Source: the human T2T-CHM13v2.0 reference genome, Homo sapiens
Reading direction: 5' to 3' (one strand)
Assembly (NCBI RefSeq): GCF_009914755.1
Contig: NC_060936.1
Length of the DNA stretch: 64,000 bases
Both the position numbers and the translations under genes were made by a program. Position 1 is the first letter of the stretch. Each line of letters starts with the position of its first letter. Below, piece by piece: positions 27,332 to 44,240 of this stretch. A model generated the notes under the pieces. The model made no database searches. It was not told where the DNA came from and saw only the letters and a program-made list of their open reading frames with translations.

Positions 27332-29679
27332 TGTACTAGTCCACTCTCATGCTGCTATAAAGAGTTGCCTGAGACTGGGTAATTTACAAAGGAAAGACAT
27401 TTAATTGACTCACAGTTCTGCATAGCTGGGGAGGCCTCAGTAAACTTACAATCATGGTGGAAAGAAAAGCAAACACACCCTTCTTCACATGATGGCAGGA
27501 AGGAGAAGTACCAAGCAAAGAGGGAAAAATTCCTTATAAAACCTTCAGGTCTTGTGAGAACTCACTCACTATCACAGGAATAGCAGGATGGAGGTAACTG
27601 CCCCAATGATTCAATTACTTCCAACTGGATCCCTCCCACAACATGTGGAGATTATGGGAACTACAATTCAAGATGAGATTTGGGTAGGGACACAGCCAAA
27701 CCATATCATTTCATCCCAGCCCCTCCCAAACCTCATGTCCTCACATTTTAAAAAACAATCATGCCTTCCCAACAGTCCTCCAACATCTTAATTCATTCTA
27801 GCATTAACCCAAAAGTCCAAATCCAAAGTCTAATCTGAGACAAGGCAAGTCCCTTCTGCCTATAAACCTGTAAAATCAAAAGCAAGTTAGTTACTTCCTA
27901 GATACAATAAGGGTACAGGCACTGGATAAATACACCTGTTCCAAATGGGAGAAATTGACCAGAACAAAGGGACTACAGGAACTCATGCAAGTCTGAAATC
28001 CAACAGAGCAATCAGTAAATCTTAAAGCTCCAAAATGACCTCTTTTGATTCCGTGTCTCACATCTAGATCATACTGATGCAAGAGGTAGGTTGCCAAGGC
28101 CTTGAGCAGCTCCACCCCCATGGCTTTGCAGGGTATAACCCCCCTCAAAGCTGCCTTCATGGGCTGGCATTGAGTGTCTGTGGCTTTTCCAGGTACATAG
28201 TGCAAGCTGTCAGTGGATTTACCATTCTGTGGTCCAGAGGATGGTGGCCCTCTTCTCACAGCTCCACTGGGCAGTGCCCCACTGGGGACTCTATGTGGGG
28301 GCTTCAACTCCCCATTTTCTTTCCACACTTCCCTAGCAAATGTTCTCCATGAGGGCTTCACCCCTGCAACAAACTTCTACCTGGACATCCAGGAGTTTCT
28401 ATACATCCTTTGAAATCTAGGCTGAGGTTCCCAAACCTTAATTCTTGACTTCTATGTACCCCCAGGCTCAACACCACATGAAAGCTGCCAAGGCTTTGGG
28501 CTTGCACCCTCTGAAGACATGGCCTGAGCTGTATGTTGACCCCTTTTAGCTATGGCTGGGAAGCAGGGCACCAAGTCCCAAGACTACACAAAGCAGCAAG
28601 GCCCTGCTCCCAGCTAATGAAACCATTTTTTCCTCCTAGGCCTCTGGGCTTGTGATGGGAGGGGCTGCCATGGAGACCTCTGACATGCCCTGGAGACATT
28701 TTCCCCATTGTCTTGGCAATTAATATTTGATTCCTTGTTACTTAGGCAAATTTCTACAGCAGGTTTTAATTTCTCCTCAGAAAACGGGTTTTTCTTTTCT
28801 ATCACATTTTCAGCCTGCAAATTTTCCAAACTTTTATGCTCTGCTTCCTTTTTAAACTTAAGTTTCAATTCCAAAGCATATCTTTGCAAATACATGTAAC
28901 TGAATTCTTTTAACAGCACCCACATCACATCTTAAAAACTTTACTGCTTAGAAATTCCTTCTGACAGATACCCTAAATCATCTCTTCCAAGTTCAAAGCT
29001 CCACAGATATCTAGGGCAGGGGCAAAATGCCACCAGGCTCTTTGCTAAAACATAGCAAGAGTGACCTTCATTCCAGTTCCCAACAAGTTCATCATCTCCA
29101 TCTGAGACCACCTCAGCCTGGACTTCACTGTCCATATCAGTTTCAGCATTTTGGTCAAAGCATTCAACAAGATTCTAGGAAGTTCCAAACTTTTCCACTT
29201 CTTTCTATATTCTTCTGAGCCCTTCAAACTGTTCCAACTTCTGCCTGTTACCCAGTGCTAAAGTCACTCCCACAGTTTTGGGTATCTTTACAGCAGTGCC
29301 CCACTCAGTACCAATTTACTGTCTTAGTCCATTCTCATGCTGCTATAAAGAACTGCCTGAGACTGGCTAATTTATAAAGGAAAGAGGTTCAATTGACCAC
29401 ATGACTGGGGAGGCCTCAAGAAACTTACAATCAAGGGGAATAAAACACATTCTTCTTCACATGATGGCAGGAAGGAGAAGTGCCAAGCAAAGGGGAAAAA
29501 GCCCCTTATAAAATCATTGGATTTATGAGGACTCACTCACTATCATGTGTACAGCAGCATGGGTGTAACCTCACTCATGATTCAATTACCTCCCAACAGG
29601 TTCCTTTCATGACACATGGGGATTATGGGAACTACAATTCAAGATGAGATTTGGGTGGGGACACAGCCAAACCATATTA
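27332..29679 (-). mobile_element. Full-length THE1D-like MaLR element (LTR 27332-27708, internal 27709-29319, LTR 29320-29679)
   Basis: Two homologous LTRs flanking a ~1.6-kb THE1 internal region with broken ORF remnants (27891-28361, 28614-28928); TSD GTGGC/GTGGT. Confidence 0.9.
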
Positions 29680-32600
29680 GTGGTGGTTCAGATATTTCCC
29701 AGACTTCCTTACTAAGGCAAGTTGTCTATAATCTCAACTAGGTGAGTCATGTAGAATCTCAATAAGCTGGGGCTTTGCCATTAACGAGTACATCTTTATT
29801 TCAGTAAAGTCACTCATAAGCTTCTTCATAATAATAATAAAATCATTGTACCACTTTATGAGGAGCACTTATATTTGAATTTGATGTGCATTCTGAAAGG
29901 CATTTGCAGAACAGCTATCCTTGGAACAGACAAGACTAGAGGTAGGTATGTCTCACCAGAAATGTACAATCAGATATGTTTTTACTTTCAAACAAGACTT
30001 CATATGTTTTCACATTTGCTAAAACCTATTAGACCTTAGAGAAGCAGGGCTTTTATTTTGCATGGTTGTAAAATTCATGTCTTAATCCCCAAATTTTATT
30101 TACAAACATAGACTAAAAGATTCAAAGAAGCCATGTTAGCCTAGAAAAGAAAGTTAATAATTTTATGTGGGTTATGATTTGACATATGGTTAGAATTAGA
30201 AAGTGACCTCTATCTCTACATTTTTGAGAGAACTGCCTCTGGCAACAATAAACACAGACTGATATTAAGTAGAGTTTGCATGGTGATCTTTTTTCTTTTC
30301 TTCCCTGTTCTTTGCTTCAGAAACTGATTCTGGTTAATTCAACACAAAATAAATTATTAAAGCATATCCAGTTGCTTTATATAGCATAAATATAAGCTAT
30401 ATATTATATATATCTGAATTATAAATAATATATATATCTACATTATAAATAATATATAGCATAAATATAAAGCAAATAGCAGGAAGAAAGGCCAAAATCA
30501 CTCCCCTGGTTGGTGCATTGAAGATTTGCTGACATAGCAGCTGTGCATTGGACTCGTCAGCTTGCTCTACTGATGCATGATGCTGCCACAAGAGCTCCCG
30601 CTGCTGCCTCTGGGCCCTGAATCTAGGCATCACCAATGTGCCATCTGTCACTGGTGTGTACTGCACTGCTTCTACTTCTCGTAGTCACTAACTTCTGATG
30701 AAAATCAGTGATGGTGCATCCGACTGTTGGAGCTGAGGTCATATGGCTGGATCTTAGTTGCAAGGGAGGTCAGGAAAGCAAGTTGTCTGATATTTTCAGC
30801 CTCTACACTGGGAAACATGATCCACCTGATAAAGCGGGGCATGCATGAAACATAAGAAAAATGATGTAGATACTAAACACAAAATAAATGATGACTTTTC
30901 TCCAGGGAATTTCTCCAGCAAGATTTTAAACTATCTTTGCCCGAGATTCCATGCAACTTTCCTTTTCAGTTACTTTGTCTCACACCCCTCCCTAAATCCC
31001 AAGTCTGGGATTTGCCCCACCTATACCTCAATGACACAATACCTTTTTTTTTTTTTCTGGCTAGTCCTAATTAAAAACAAAACAAAAGCAAAACTCCAAC
31101 ACTTGCTACTTGAGAAGATACTAAAAACTACATACCAAACTAATTATATACTCTGTGATGACAGGGACTGTGTTAACTTGCTCAATTATTCTTAGCCTAG
31201 TGTCTTGGCTAGAGTTGTTTTCAATAAACACATGCTGAATGGCTTTGGGAAATTCATCTCTATCGAATTATGCCATTAGGCAAGGCTCTGGGAAAGTTGA
31301 TTCCTCTTGGCTATCCAGACCTTGTTCAGAGAAAGCAGAGAGATATCCCTTCATGTGTCAAATTTGATATATTGGTGGCGGTTACCCAGGAAACTATACT
31401 AAGAGTTTTGAGGATATATCCAGATTGATTAGTAGTAGGAAATGTCTGGAATGATTAATGCCTACTCTGGGTGCCACATAGGAGAGTACTGGCACGTTTC
31501 CTGGTATCTACCATCTCTGGTGTAAATACAGATACATCATTATTACATTTTAAAAATTTGGTTTAAAAAAAAAGCAAAAGAGGTTTTTTTTTAAAAAAAA
31601 ATACTACTTTTATGAAATGATGGAAAGACAGAACCAAAAGTCAGAATACTAACTGATGGAATAGGTAAGTGTTGCCCTGTAAAGAGAGTCCTTGTGCTAA
31701 TGTAACTGAAGTTGGCTACACTCTGGCTTGGTTGGCACCTTCACAGATACCTCATACTGAGATCATCTTTTTCAACCATCTGGGTTACACATTTGATGAA
31801 GCTGCTTAGAAAGCACTCGACGTTACCTTCCAAGATGGTTTTATGATAGGTCATGCCAAGGCATTCGTTATGTGATATGTTGAAACAGAAGAGAAACTGG
31901 GCAAGGGAAAAGAGCAGAGAATTAGGAGGAAGATCAGAGGAAAAAGGAGTCAGAAGGGGCAGAAATGGCAAGGTCTAAATGAAACCAATATTGCGAGATC
32001 TAATCCACACATTGGACTGTGGCTAATTCTTTCCAAGGTGAGGGGTGATTGCTAATTCAGAGCAGGTCAGGAGCACAGCAGTGGTGTTCAGTAGAGATGG
32101 ATGGTGAGAGCATCAGATTTAAGTCAGATGGTCCAAGATGATCTATACTGCAAATAATGTATGGAAAAGCAGAAAGCCTCCTCACTTTCCTTGGGACTTG
32201 TGTTTCCAAGAGGCAGCACTTCCTCTACTCCCCACTACATACACAAAATGTTTGTATGCCTTAGGATTAGTTTACAAAAGTATTGACCCCACAGGTCATC
32301 ATGACAATAGTAATGATAGCTACCATTTATGAAAACTTATTATGTACCTGACTTAGTGCAATATTTTACATATTAATATCTGCAACAAAATGAGACAGGT
32401 ACTATTAACATTCCCATGAAATTCAAAGAAATTAAGTGATTTTCCCAAGATCACAGGACATACATAAGCAGTAGAGCTGGAGTTTTGACCTCAGAACCAG
32501 TCTTCTACTAACTATAATGCTTTCAAAGCTGCTTTCTATATTTAAAATAAAGGGATTTTGCTAATTGGGCCATTTGTACTACTGAAAACATTTTTAGAAG

Positions 32601-33964
32601 AATAGCTCATTTAACTTCACAATTTTTATGCTAGGAAGGTAAGCAAGACATTTTTTCTTCTATTTGTTTTGCAATTGAGAATACTGAAGTTCAGATTGTA
32701 TCAGTGTTTTGCTATGAGACCACACATACAAAAAGTGGCAGAGCACATCAAAAACTTGGGTTTTCTTAATTATAAAACACTGGGTATAAAACTGTGAAGG
32801 GAGTAAATCTTTGCTTTGACATATGTAAATTGAACAGTTTTCTGTATCACAAAAGTGAAGAGTAGATTGATAAGCTACCCCTGAACAGTTTTTTACTCAT
32901 ATTAAATACCAAGTAGCTTTACACATTTAACAAATAGTAACTGCTTACTAGTGCACCAGACACAATTTATACATATAAACTTTCACAGCTGAAAAGTACT
33001 TTAGAAGCATTTGTTTTGAATTTCTGATTTTATAGCTGAGGAAAAAAAAAACCCAAGTGGTGAACTTATTCAATGTTACCTTATTCATTACTGCTACACC
33101 CTGGTCCAGAAAGCCTCTGTTCACATTCCACATTTCCCCCCTTTACAGAATAAAAATTCCTGAACAAAATTATTACATGAAAAACTTCTTTATTTTCTCC
33201 TGGAGGTCAAGGAAGATTTTGTATTAAGAATGTTCTCAGATTGAAGTTGCAAAAAGAATGCATGTATGTATGAATGTAGGATATTAATATAGATGTCGAT
33301 ATTAATGTTAAATTGGGTTAAAGATGACTCAAAGATAGTTCACCTAATGCATTGCAATAGTTGTGCCTCAAGATTTCCAAGAAACTACGGAAGAAATTAG
33401 GTTGGCAATTTTTCTTGATTCTTCTGAGGAATCATTATGGCCAGCAGATGCCACTGTTGTCAGTTGTAAATATTCTTTCAAGTTTCAAATATCGAAAATT
33501 ACTAGAAAAAGGGGTAAGTGAAAAGTAGCAAAAGTAATCCTGTTATCTTTTACAGATTGAGTGGTGCAAGTACTGTATAATTGAATCCTATTATTTACCT
33601 TTTAGCAAAATATTTAAGTAAACACTTAGCAAATAAAGACACTCTAAAATTATAAGAAAAAAATTAACAGGGGAAAGAATGAGTTCTCTATGTTTGAAAA
33701 TCCTACTCATTTTTAAAAATTAGAAGTCCATACGATGGTCAATGTTGGCTGATAGCTACATTTAGTAGCCAAGATATATTTTATCCTGATGAGTGACATT
33801 GAGGGAGAATAAAATAAATTAATTCTGTTCCTTCTTGTTATTATAGCATCATAAAACAGTTTTATATTTTTCAAATCTGTACTCAGTTGTGAACAAGTTG
33901 TTATTGCAAAATTTATTATATTACTATCTTCTATTTCCATCAATGTTTGTACATGATGTTAGGG

Positions 33965-34141
33965 TTTTCTTTGTCTGTTTGTTTGTTTGTTTAAAAGATG
34001 ATCTGGTTCTGTTGCCCTGGCTGCAGTGCAGTGGCACTATCATAACTCACTGCAACCTTGACCTCCTGGGCTCAAGCAATCCTCCCACCTCAGTTTTCAG
34101 AGTAGGTGGGATTACAGATGCACACCACCATACCCAGCTAA
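33965..34141 (-). mobile_element. AluJ/FRAM arm fragment
   Basis: (GTTT)n tail + GGCTGCAGTGCAGTGGCAC...GGGCTCAAGCAATCCTCCCACCTCAG. Confidence 0.75.
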
Positions 34142-35732
34142 TATATAAAGGATAATTTATAGTATCTTATTTATTTTAAAACACACGTTTAAAGCAAGAA
34201 TTTATATAAAATTGTATTTGAAGTTTATAACATTGAAGGTAGATTATGATAGGTTAGGGATCTATATTGGAATTCCTGGAGGAAACACTAAAAATAGAGA
34301 GAATTACCTGTTTTACAATTTTTTTAAATTGCAGTACTGACTATATTGATTACAATCTCTCAATAATCAATACTACAATTAGAAAAATCAATAAATACAT
34401 AGAAAAGATTTAAACAATATGATAAACTAACTTGACATAATTATTGATTGGACGGGAAAATGAGATATTTTTGTTTTAATATAGAAGACAGGCAAACATG
34501 GTTTTTGAATGAAGAAAAGGAACCAGTGGTGAGAGAAAGGAAAGGGAGACAGAATAATCAATGGAAAGAAGTCCTAGAGAATTCAGAGTGGGAGAAATCA
34601 AAGGCAGAGGTTGAGTGATTGTCCTTAGACATGAGCAGGGTAATTGTTTCTCCATCAGGGCATGAACAAAAAAAGATAAAATAGATGCAGGGAGCATGTC
34701 ATCTTAAATGTTAAACAAGTAAATCGTTGTAAGTTGTGTATTAATATTTGCAACTAATTTAAGGTACAATACAAAAGCATGCTTTTTGGCAAGAGATTCT
34801 CAAATGTTTTAAATTGCATCCACATAAAGCTGCTTGGCTTTTATTCAGAAATATGACTTTTTTTTTCTTTCTCTTTTTTGGGGCAAGGGACATGGAGAGG
34901 AGACGTATAAGTGGCAGGAAGTTGAAAGAATTTATTTTCAATGGTTTTCTTTCTTGTGAAATAGAAAGTAATGCTATGTACTGAGAATTTGGGGTTAGAA
35001 AGGAGACAAAATATTTGAGCAAAACAGCAACACTTTGACATAGACACAGAAAAGTGACAAAGAAAGTGAATTTAAAATAACAGCCCCGAACTGTAAACTT
35101 ATATTTTTTTGTTCCCACTCTGATGGTAACTATTAAAAAGCCCTTTAACTTAAAAAAAATCCTAAACCAAAACTGACAAAGATAATAAAAAAGTTATTCT
35201 CAGAAAAAGAAGCCAAATGTAAAAAAGTATGAGAGATCCCCATCTACTCTGGTATTCAGATAAATATAAATTCAGACAATGAAATACCATGCTATGTCCC
35301 ACCAGATTAGAAAACAAAACAAAACAGAAATTCAGGTGTCATTGAGAATGTGGATCAACTAAAATTTTTATTCTCTTCCAGTGGTAATTTAATTTATTTA
35401 ACCACTTTGGAGGTACTTGGGCAAATTCTAGGGAGTTGAAGATGATATATCACAAGGACCTGCTTCTTGCCTTGGGAGAGATTGTTAAGTCCCCACCCAT
35501 TTCCATAGATCTGGCCATCCTGCCCTGCAGTACATTTCCCTGCCCCACTGCGTAGGACTTGGTCATGTGATCTGGTTTGGTCACTTGAATCTGAGTAGAC
35601 ACCAGTAGTCCTTGTATATACAAGCTTTCAGAGGCATTGCAAGCTGTTGCCAGGTTTCCTGCCAGGTTTCCTCTGCCATGAGAAGGGCATAGATAGGAGC
35701 TGTGCTTCATCCTAACTGCACAAATTTGATTA

Positions 35733-37579
<1,847 letters not shown>

Positions 37580-37669
37580 TCATATGACTTGAATTGGGAG
37601 ACCAGTAGTCATGTGAGGAAGACACTTTCCACAGTACCCTCCACATTTGCCGAAAAATCTAGTTCCATC
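37580..37669 (-). CDS. ADAMTS20: ADAMTS20 terminal exon, coding part with TGA stop
   Basis: Acceptor gattttcag|GAT. Translates [29 protein letters not shown] (GON C-terminal GxCGGYCGxC). Confidence 0.96.
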   Translation of the reverse strand, partial: DGTRFFGKCGGYCGKCLPHMTTGLPIQVI

Positions 37670-39854
37670 CTGAAAATCGGAAGAAGAAATACAGAAGAAT
37701 CTTATACAAGCTGGTATCTGTATGCAAATAGCAGAAAAAGCAAATGCTTTGAATCATATGGCTAAAATCATTAGCAGAGGTTTCCTATAACAATTGCATT
37801 TGAGGTCAAAGATCATATGCCTTTTGATATTAGTTCAAATTGGTGGACATGGGAAAGTTAAAGGATATTAGATAACCTGAGATTCATATTAGCTAGTTGA
37901 ATATTATATACAATTTAAATCTCAATTAAGATTTAAATCCAATCCACATATTTCAATCTCAATCCACATATTTTTCATCTAGGTATGTATTTGCTTCAGT
38001 GAGTTTATTAAAACCTCTCCCAATTTGCAATCCAGTATTTACATAATTTTATATAATAATCTCTTTAAATAAAAGAAAGATATTGTACAAATGATTTTAA
38101 AGGCATATAATTCATTTTCTATCCCATTTATTTCAAGCATCTCGTGGAGGCGTTAGAAACACACTCTGGAGAAAAGTATAGAAGGTGGTAAAATGGAGAA
38201 AATAAATAAATAAAAACTGGGCTGAAAGCAATCATTAGAATTAGAAAAGAACTAAAATGGGAGATTGTTCCATAAGCAGAGCAGTTCACTGAGGAACAGG
38301 TGGCAGAGGTAGGCTGAAGTGGGTTGGTCAGGACGTGATAGACGCCTCACGTCTTTAGGTCTAAAAGTCAAGACTGAAGACATTTCCAGAACATGAGACA
38401 AAAATAGGTTGAACTCCTATCATATCTGGAAAAGGTAATTTTTTTAAATCTAAGGGAGTAAAGATAGAGAAGAAAACTGTAGGTTCTTGGGACATTTTGA
38501 GATGGAAGAATGTTTTGAGACCGGAAGCTTTTGAAGTTACCTTCTCTTTCTAAAGCAATTTAACTCTGGAGAATCTGAGTACACAGAGAAGGGAATGGCA
38601 GTAAAATCTCAGAGTTGTATAATTCCCTATTCCCTCTGTTGAAGTAAAAACTCTATCTTCATTAAACTTATTGGCAAAGGAAAATATGTTTGCATTTCTG
38701 TAAGTATATCTGGATTTTACCAGTCAGTTTCACACCAGGCATCAGATTTCAAGAACTAGTTATGTGCAACATTTTTGATTGAGATAGAACTTCTCAACGA
38801 AATGAATAATGAATTAATCTTGAGAAGTTAATAAAAACACAAATCCTTCATTAAGCACAATTTTATCATCTTCAGAAATAGAATGTTTTAAAGGCTATGA
38901 CTATCAGAATACTAAATTTCATTTATGAGAAATATTTATATAAATAGGAGTATAACAAAATTTACTTTTATCATAATAAATAAAAGTCATAAAACATTAG
39001 AGTATACCGGGGCTGTTGCTGGTGCTAATTTATGTGTGATATAGGTGAGAACACCTATAACCTAGATCCAGATTTACTATGAGCAGGGCTATGTTATCTA
39101 AGACACAATAACCATAAGTAATAGAAAGCATTTCATGAAGTGTACATGTTAGAACACCATACCTGCAGAAAATTAAGTGGATTCTACTTTGGATAATACA
39201 ACATGTGCTATAGTTACAATAATTATAAGAATAAACTATAAAAATAGTTATAACTATATATATAAATACTACATAACAGTCTACATTTTCATAGATAAAA
39301 TAACAATGTTATCTAGATAAAGATAGGAAAACATGAGTACAACATAAATACATAATCCTAATTCTTGAAAAAACTGTGAAGAATATTTGTTAAATGACAA
39401 GTGTCTCCAACACCACCCCCATCACTAAAACAGTGAGGGAAGAAAACAAAAAATTTAACCCTCATTTTGAAATATTAAAACCTGTAAACCTTCAGTAATT
39501 AAAGTATAGTAAAAAGCATACCTTTCTTGAACATCTGTATTTCAAGTCATTAGCTCCAAACTTGAGATAGACAAAATCTATATGTCCTGGCATTTGGCAA
39601 TTTATGTTCAAATATCTATAGCCTATATATGGATTCATAAATATACAAAACCTCCACATGCACATTAATACAAATGAATCCTGTTTCATTTCATAAATTA
39701 ATGTTGTGCTCCATTATATGTAATATACCCATTATATGCAATATCTCTTTAGTCATCAATTTCATATAAGTTTACATTTTAGGTAGAGAACCTTTAATGC
39801 TAGTTCATAGCTCAGAAGTATTTCAAACAGGCTTTTTGGTCCCGCAGGACTTAC

Positions 39855-39959
39855 CTCTGATCTTCGTATGCTGACAGAGGTATAACTCCCCTGAGTGAGC
39901 CACTTTGCTGTGCTGGATATCTTCATCCCAGTTCCTGACAAATTAATGCTAAACTGTCC
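39855..39959 (-). CDS. ADAMTS20: ADAMTS20 penultimate exon (GON domain), 105 nt
   Basis: Acceptor aatccag|GGA, donor GAG|gtaagt. Translates GQFSINLSGTGMKISSTAKWLTQGSYTSVSIRRSE. Confidence 0.96.
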
Positions 39960-41927
39960 CTGGATTGTAAATAAAACAAAGAAAAATAGATGGAATTTAC
40001 AAAATATTTGATTACAAATAAGTCTTCTCAATTGCAAGGGGCAACTGAATTAATACTATATAATGTTATTTGTGGAGAAGTAACTCTGCCCAACTCTAGG
40101 ACTCTATGATTCGACAATTAGAACTAATGGTCCTGTAGAAATTAGCAAGTTCTGACAGAAATAGTGTTCACGGGGACCAACATTTGCTGCACTTTAACAT
40201 TTCTACACGTTCCATTTTTGACCCTTCATTGCTAACTTCTATGCTGTTTCACCTATTTGACATATTTTCCAGAATCTCTGTTATTGCCCCATTCCTTTTG
40301 TGGTAAGAATATTACTTCTTAACTCACCACACAAAACTATCTAATATAATATTATTTTCCTGGCAATTACATCCATTTTAAACACCAGAAACAGCGTGCA
40401 GATGTGTGATGCCACATGATTTACACACATTATGGTGTGTGGGTCCCCTATGAGCTTCATGATCTAATTCTTTCCAAGTGCAGGACCATTTTTATGTCAA
40501 AATACTTCAGACTATCTTTGTTAACAGTTAAATTGTAAATATTAACTGAGAAAATGTGTTATTAAAATAGGTAACATTTGTGTCATATTTATATAATTTT
40601 ACAGTACAGATTTAAACATTGAAAAGTAGAACTGCAAACAAGTTCAGTCTACTGACAATGTTCAGTAGGCATATAGATTCAGAACAATATTACGACATTC
40701 TTTAATTACCTCACAATATCTCAATGGCTTAAGACTCATGAATCTTGAGCAAGATTGTGATGAAACACTGGATTTTATATTATATGAATGAAAATATTAT
40801 CTTGTCATAAAAGCAAAAGCTAAATAAACTCTGTATATATAATGTGAATTATTAATATTGCTAAAACAAATAGATATCAATTTAGTCATTAACTTGGATT
40901 TCTTAGCAATCTTATATTGTATATTTCTCATTTAAAAACAAATGAAGATCAAATATTCGCATAAAACAATGACAATAAATGGAGAATTTTCCATTGCAGA
41001 AATAATTAGTTTTAGATAAATTTCAAAGAAAATGTATCACATACAACATCACTTGGTTATGAAATTTAGAATATGAACTCTATGTCAGTTTCATTGCTAT
41101 ATTCCCAGAGCCCAGAACAGGGCCTAAGTTCTCAATAAGTGTTTTTGAATGGATGAATTAAGTGCAGCATTAAAAACATTAAATAGTAGTATTATAAAAG
41201 TAAATACACAAATACATATATAAAACTCTTCAGACTCTGATAATGAATGACACTAAAACCAGACAAAGTCGTATTTTATGTTCACAAATATTTGAATAAA
41301 AAGAATTGATTCTTAGGATATATTATTCTATTTGATACTTAATCAACCTGATACAGGTTTTGCACTGTATACCTCCAATCTCACATTCCTTCTCAGATAG
41401 GTTTTTCACCAAATAAAGTTATTAAAAAATGAAAATATATTCTACCATGTAAATTTCTTGTAACCAGATGCTCCTTGAGTGCTCAATTGGGCCATGCAAC
41501 CTAATACTGTTGTTCCATTCTTCCATTTGCTCTCTACCTCCCTGATCAATGTGCCTTAAAAATATTCAAATGTATACACATTGGAAGTAAAAGGAATAAA
41601 TCTGACTGACTACTGAGAGCCTTAGGTGGTCATTAACACAATTAGTTGAGTCTAGAACTATCGATTGTTCCATTTCTCTGTACTAATTTTCATGAGCTTT
41701 ACTTCTGTTCTTAGTCCTCACTTAGAAAGCTAAATATGATCTCAAAAAAAATGGTAAAACAATTATCTAAAATTTGGTATGATGTTGACGGAGGTAAAAA
41801 TACATCTCACTCATTTGTTCAAAATTAACTGACTGGCAGACATGGTGTCAAGTACCATGAAAGTTCAGACAGATCTCACTCTAAATCTGTTAAGTGAAAT
41901 AGCATATGTACCTAAAAAAAGTAATTC

Positions 41928-42288
<361 letters not shown>

Positions 42289-42799
42289 TTAGAAGTAATA
42301 AATAAGTGAGTGTGAATAAGTGTGTTAATTCCAATACTTCATTTAAGATTAAAATTTAAACCTCAAACCTAATCTTTAACTTAAAAATTAGTTCAACATA
42401 CGAGGTCCTCTCTCTCTCTCACTGTCTCTCTCTCCATACATGCATATGTAGTATGAAATGTCAGGAGAGTAGATACGTAGTATGAAACTTACCTCTTCTT
42501 CTACTCTCCTGACATTTTGAAGAAGCAGCCACTAAACAAAGTAAAATTCCAGTAGCCAAATCACAAATGGAAGGTAAAATGATTCAAAAGACCTAGGAAT
42601 TCAATAAATTGGAATGTTTATTCTTGAGTAACTGGCTGCATCAAAGAAAAAGGTAAGTATGGGTATAAGATAGAGGAGAAGCATATAGATAGATGCAAGT
42701 TTTAACGTTTCACTTCTTGGATTGACTGGTTGGTTCATGTGTGCTCATTAAATAATTATGTTTTACAGTTTTTAAATGTACTGTACACATTTTATTATG

Positions 42800-44240
<1,441 letters not shown>

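Noticed and set aside
27891-29227. Several 60-156 aa ORFs
   Set aside because: Broken THE1 internal ORF remnants.
30378-30472. AT-rich quasi-palindromic repeats
   Set aside because: Low-complexity (TA)n slippage; no specific structure supportable.
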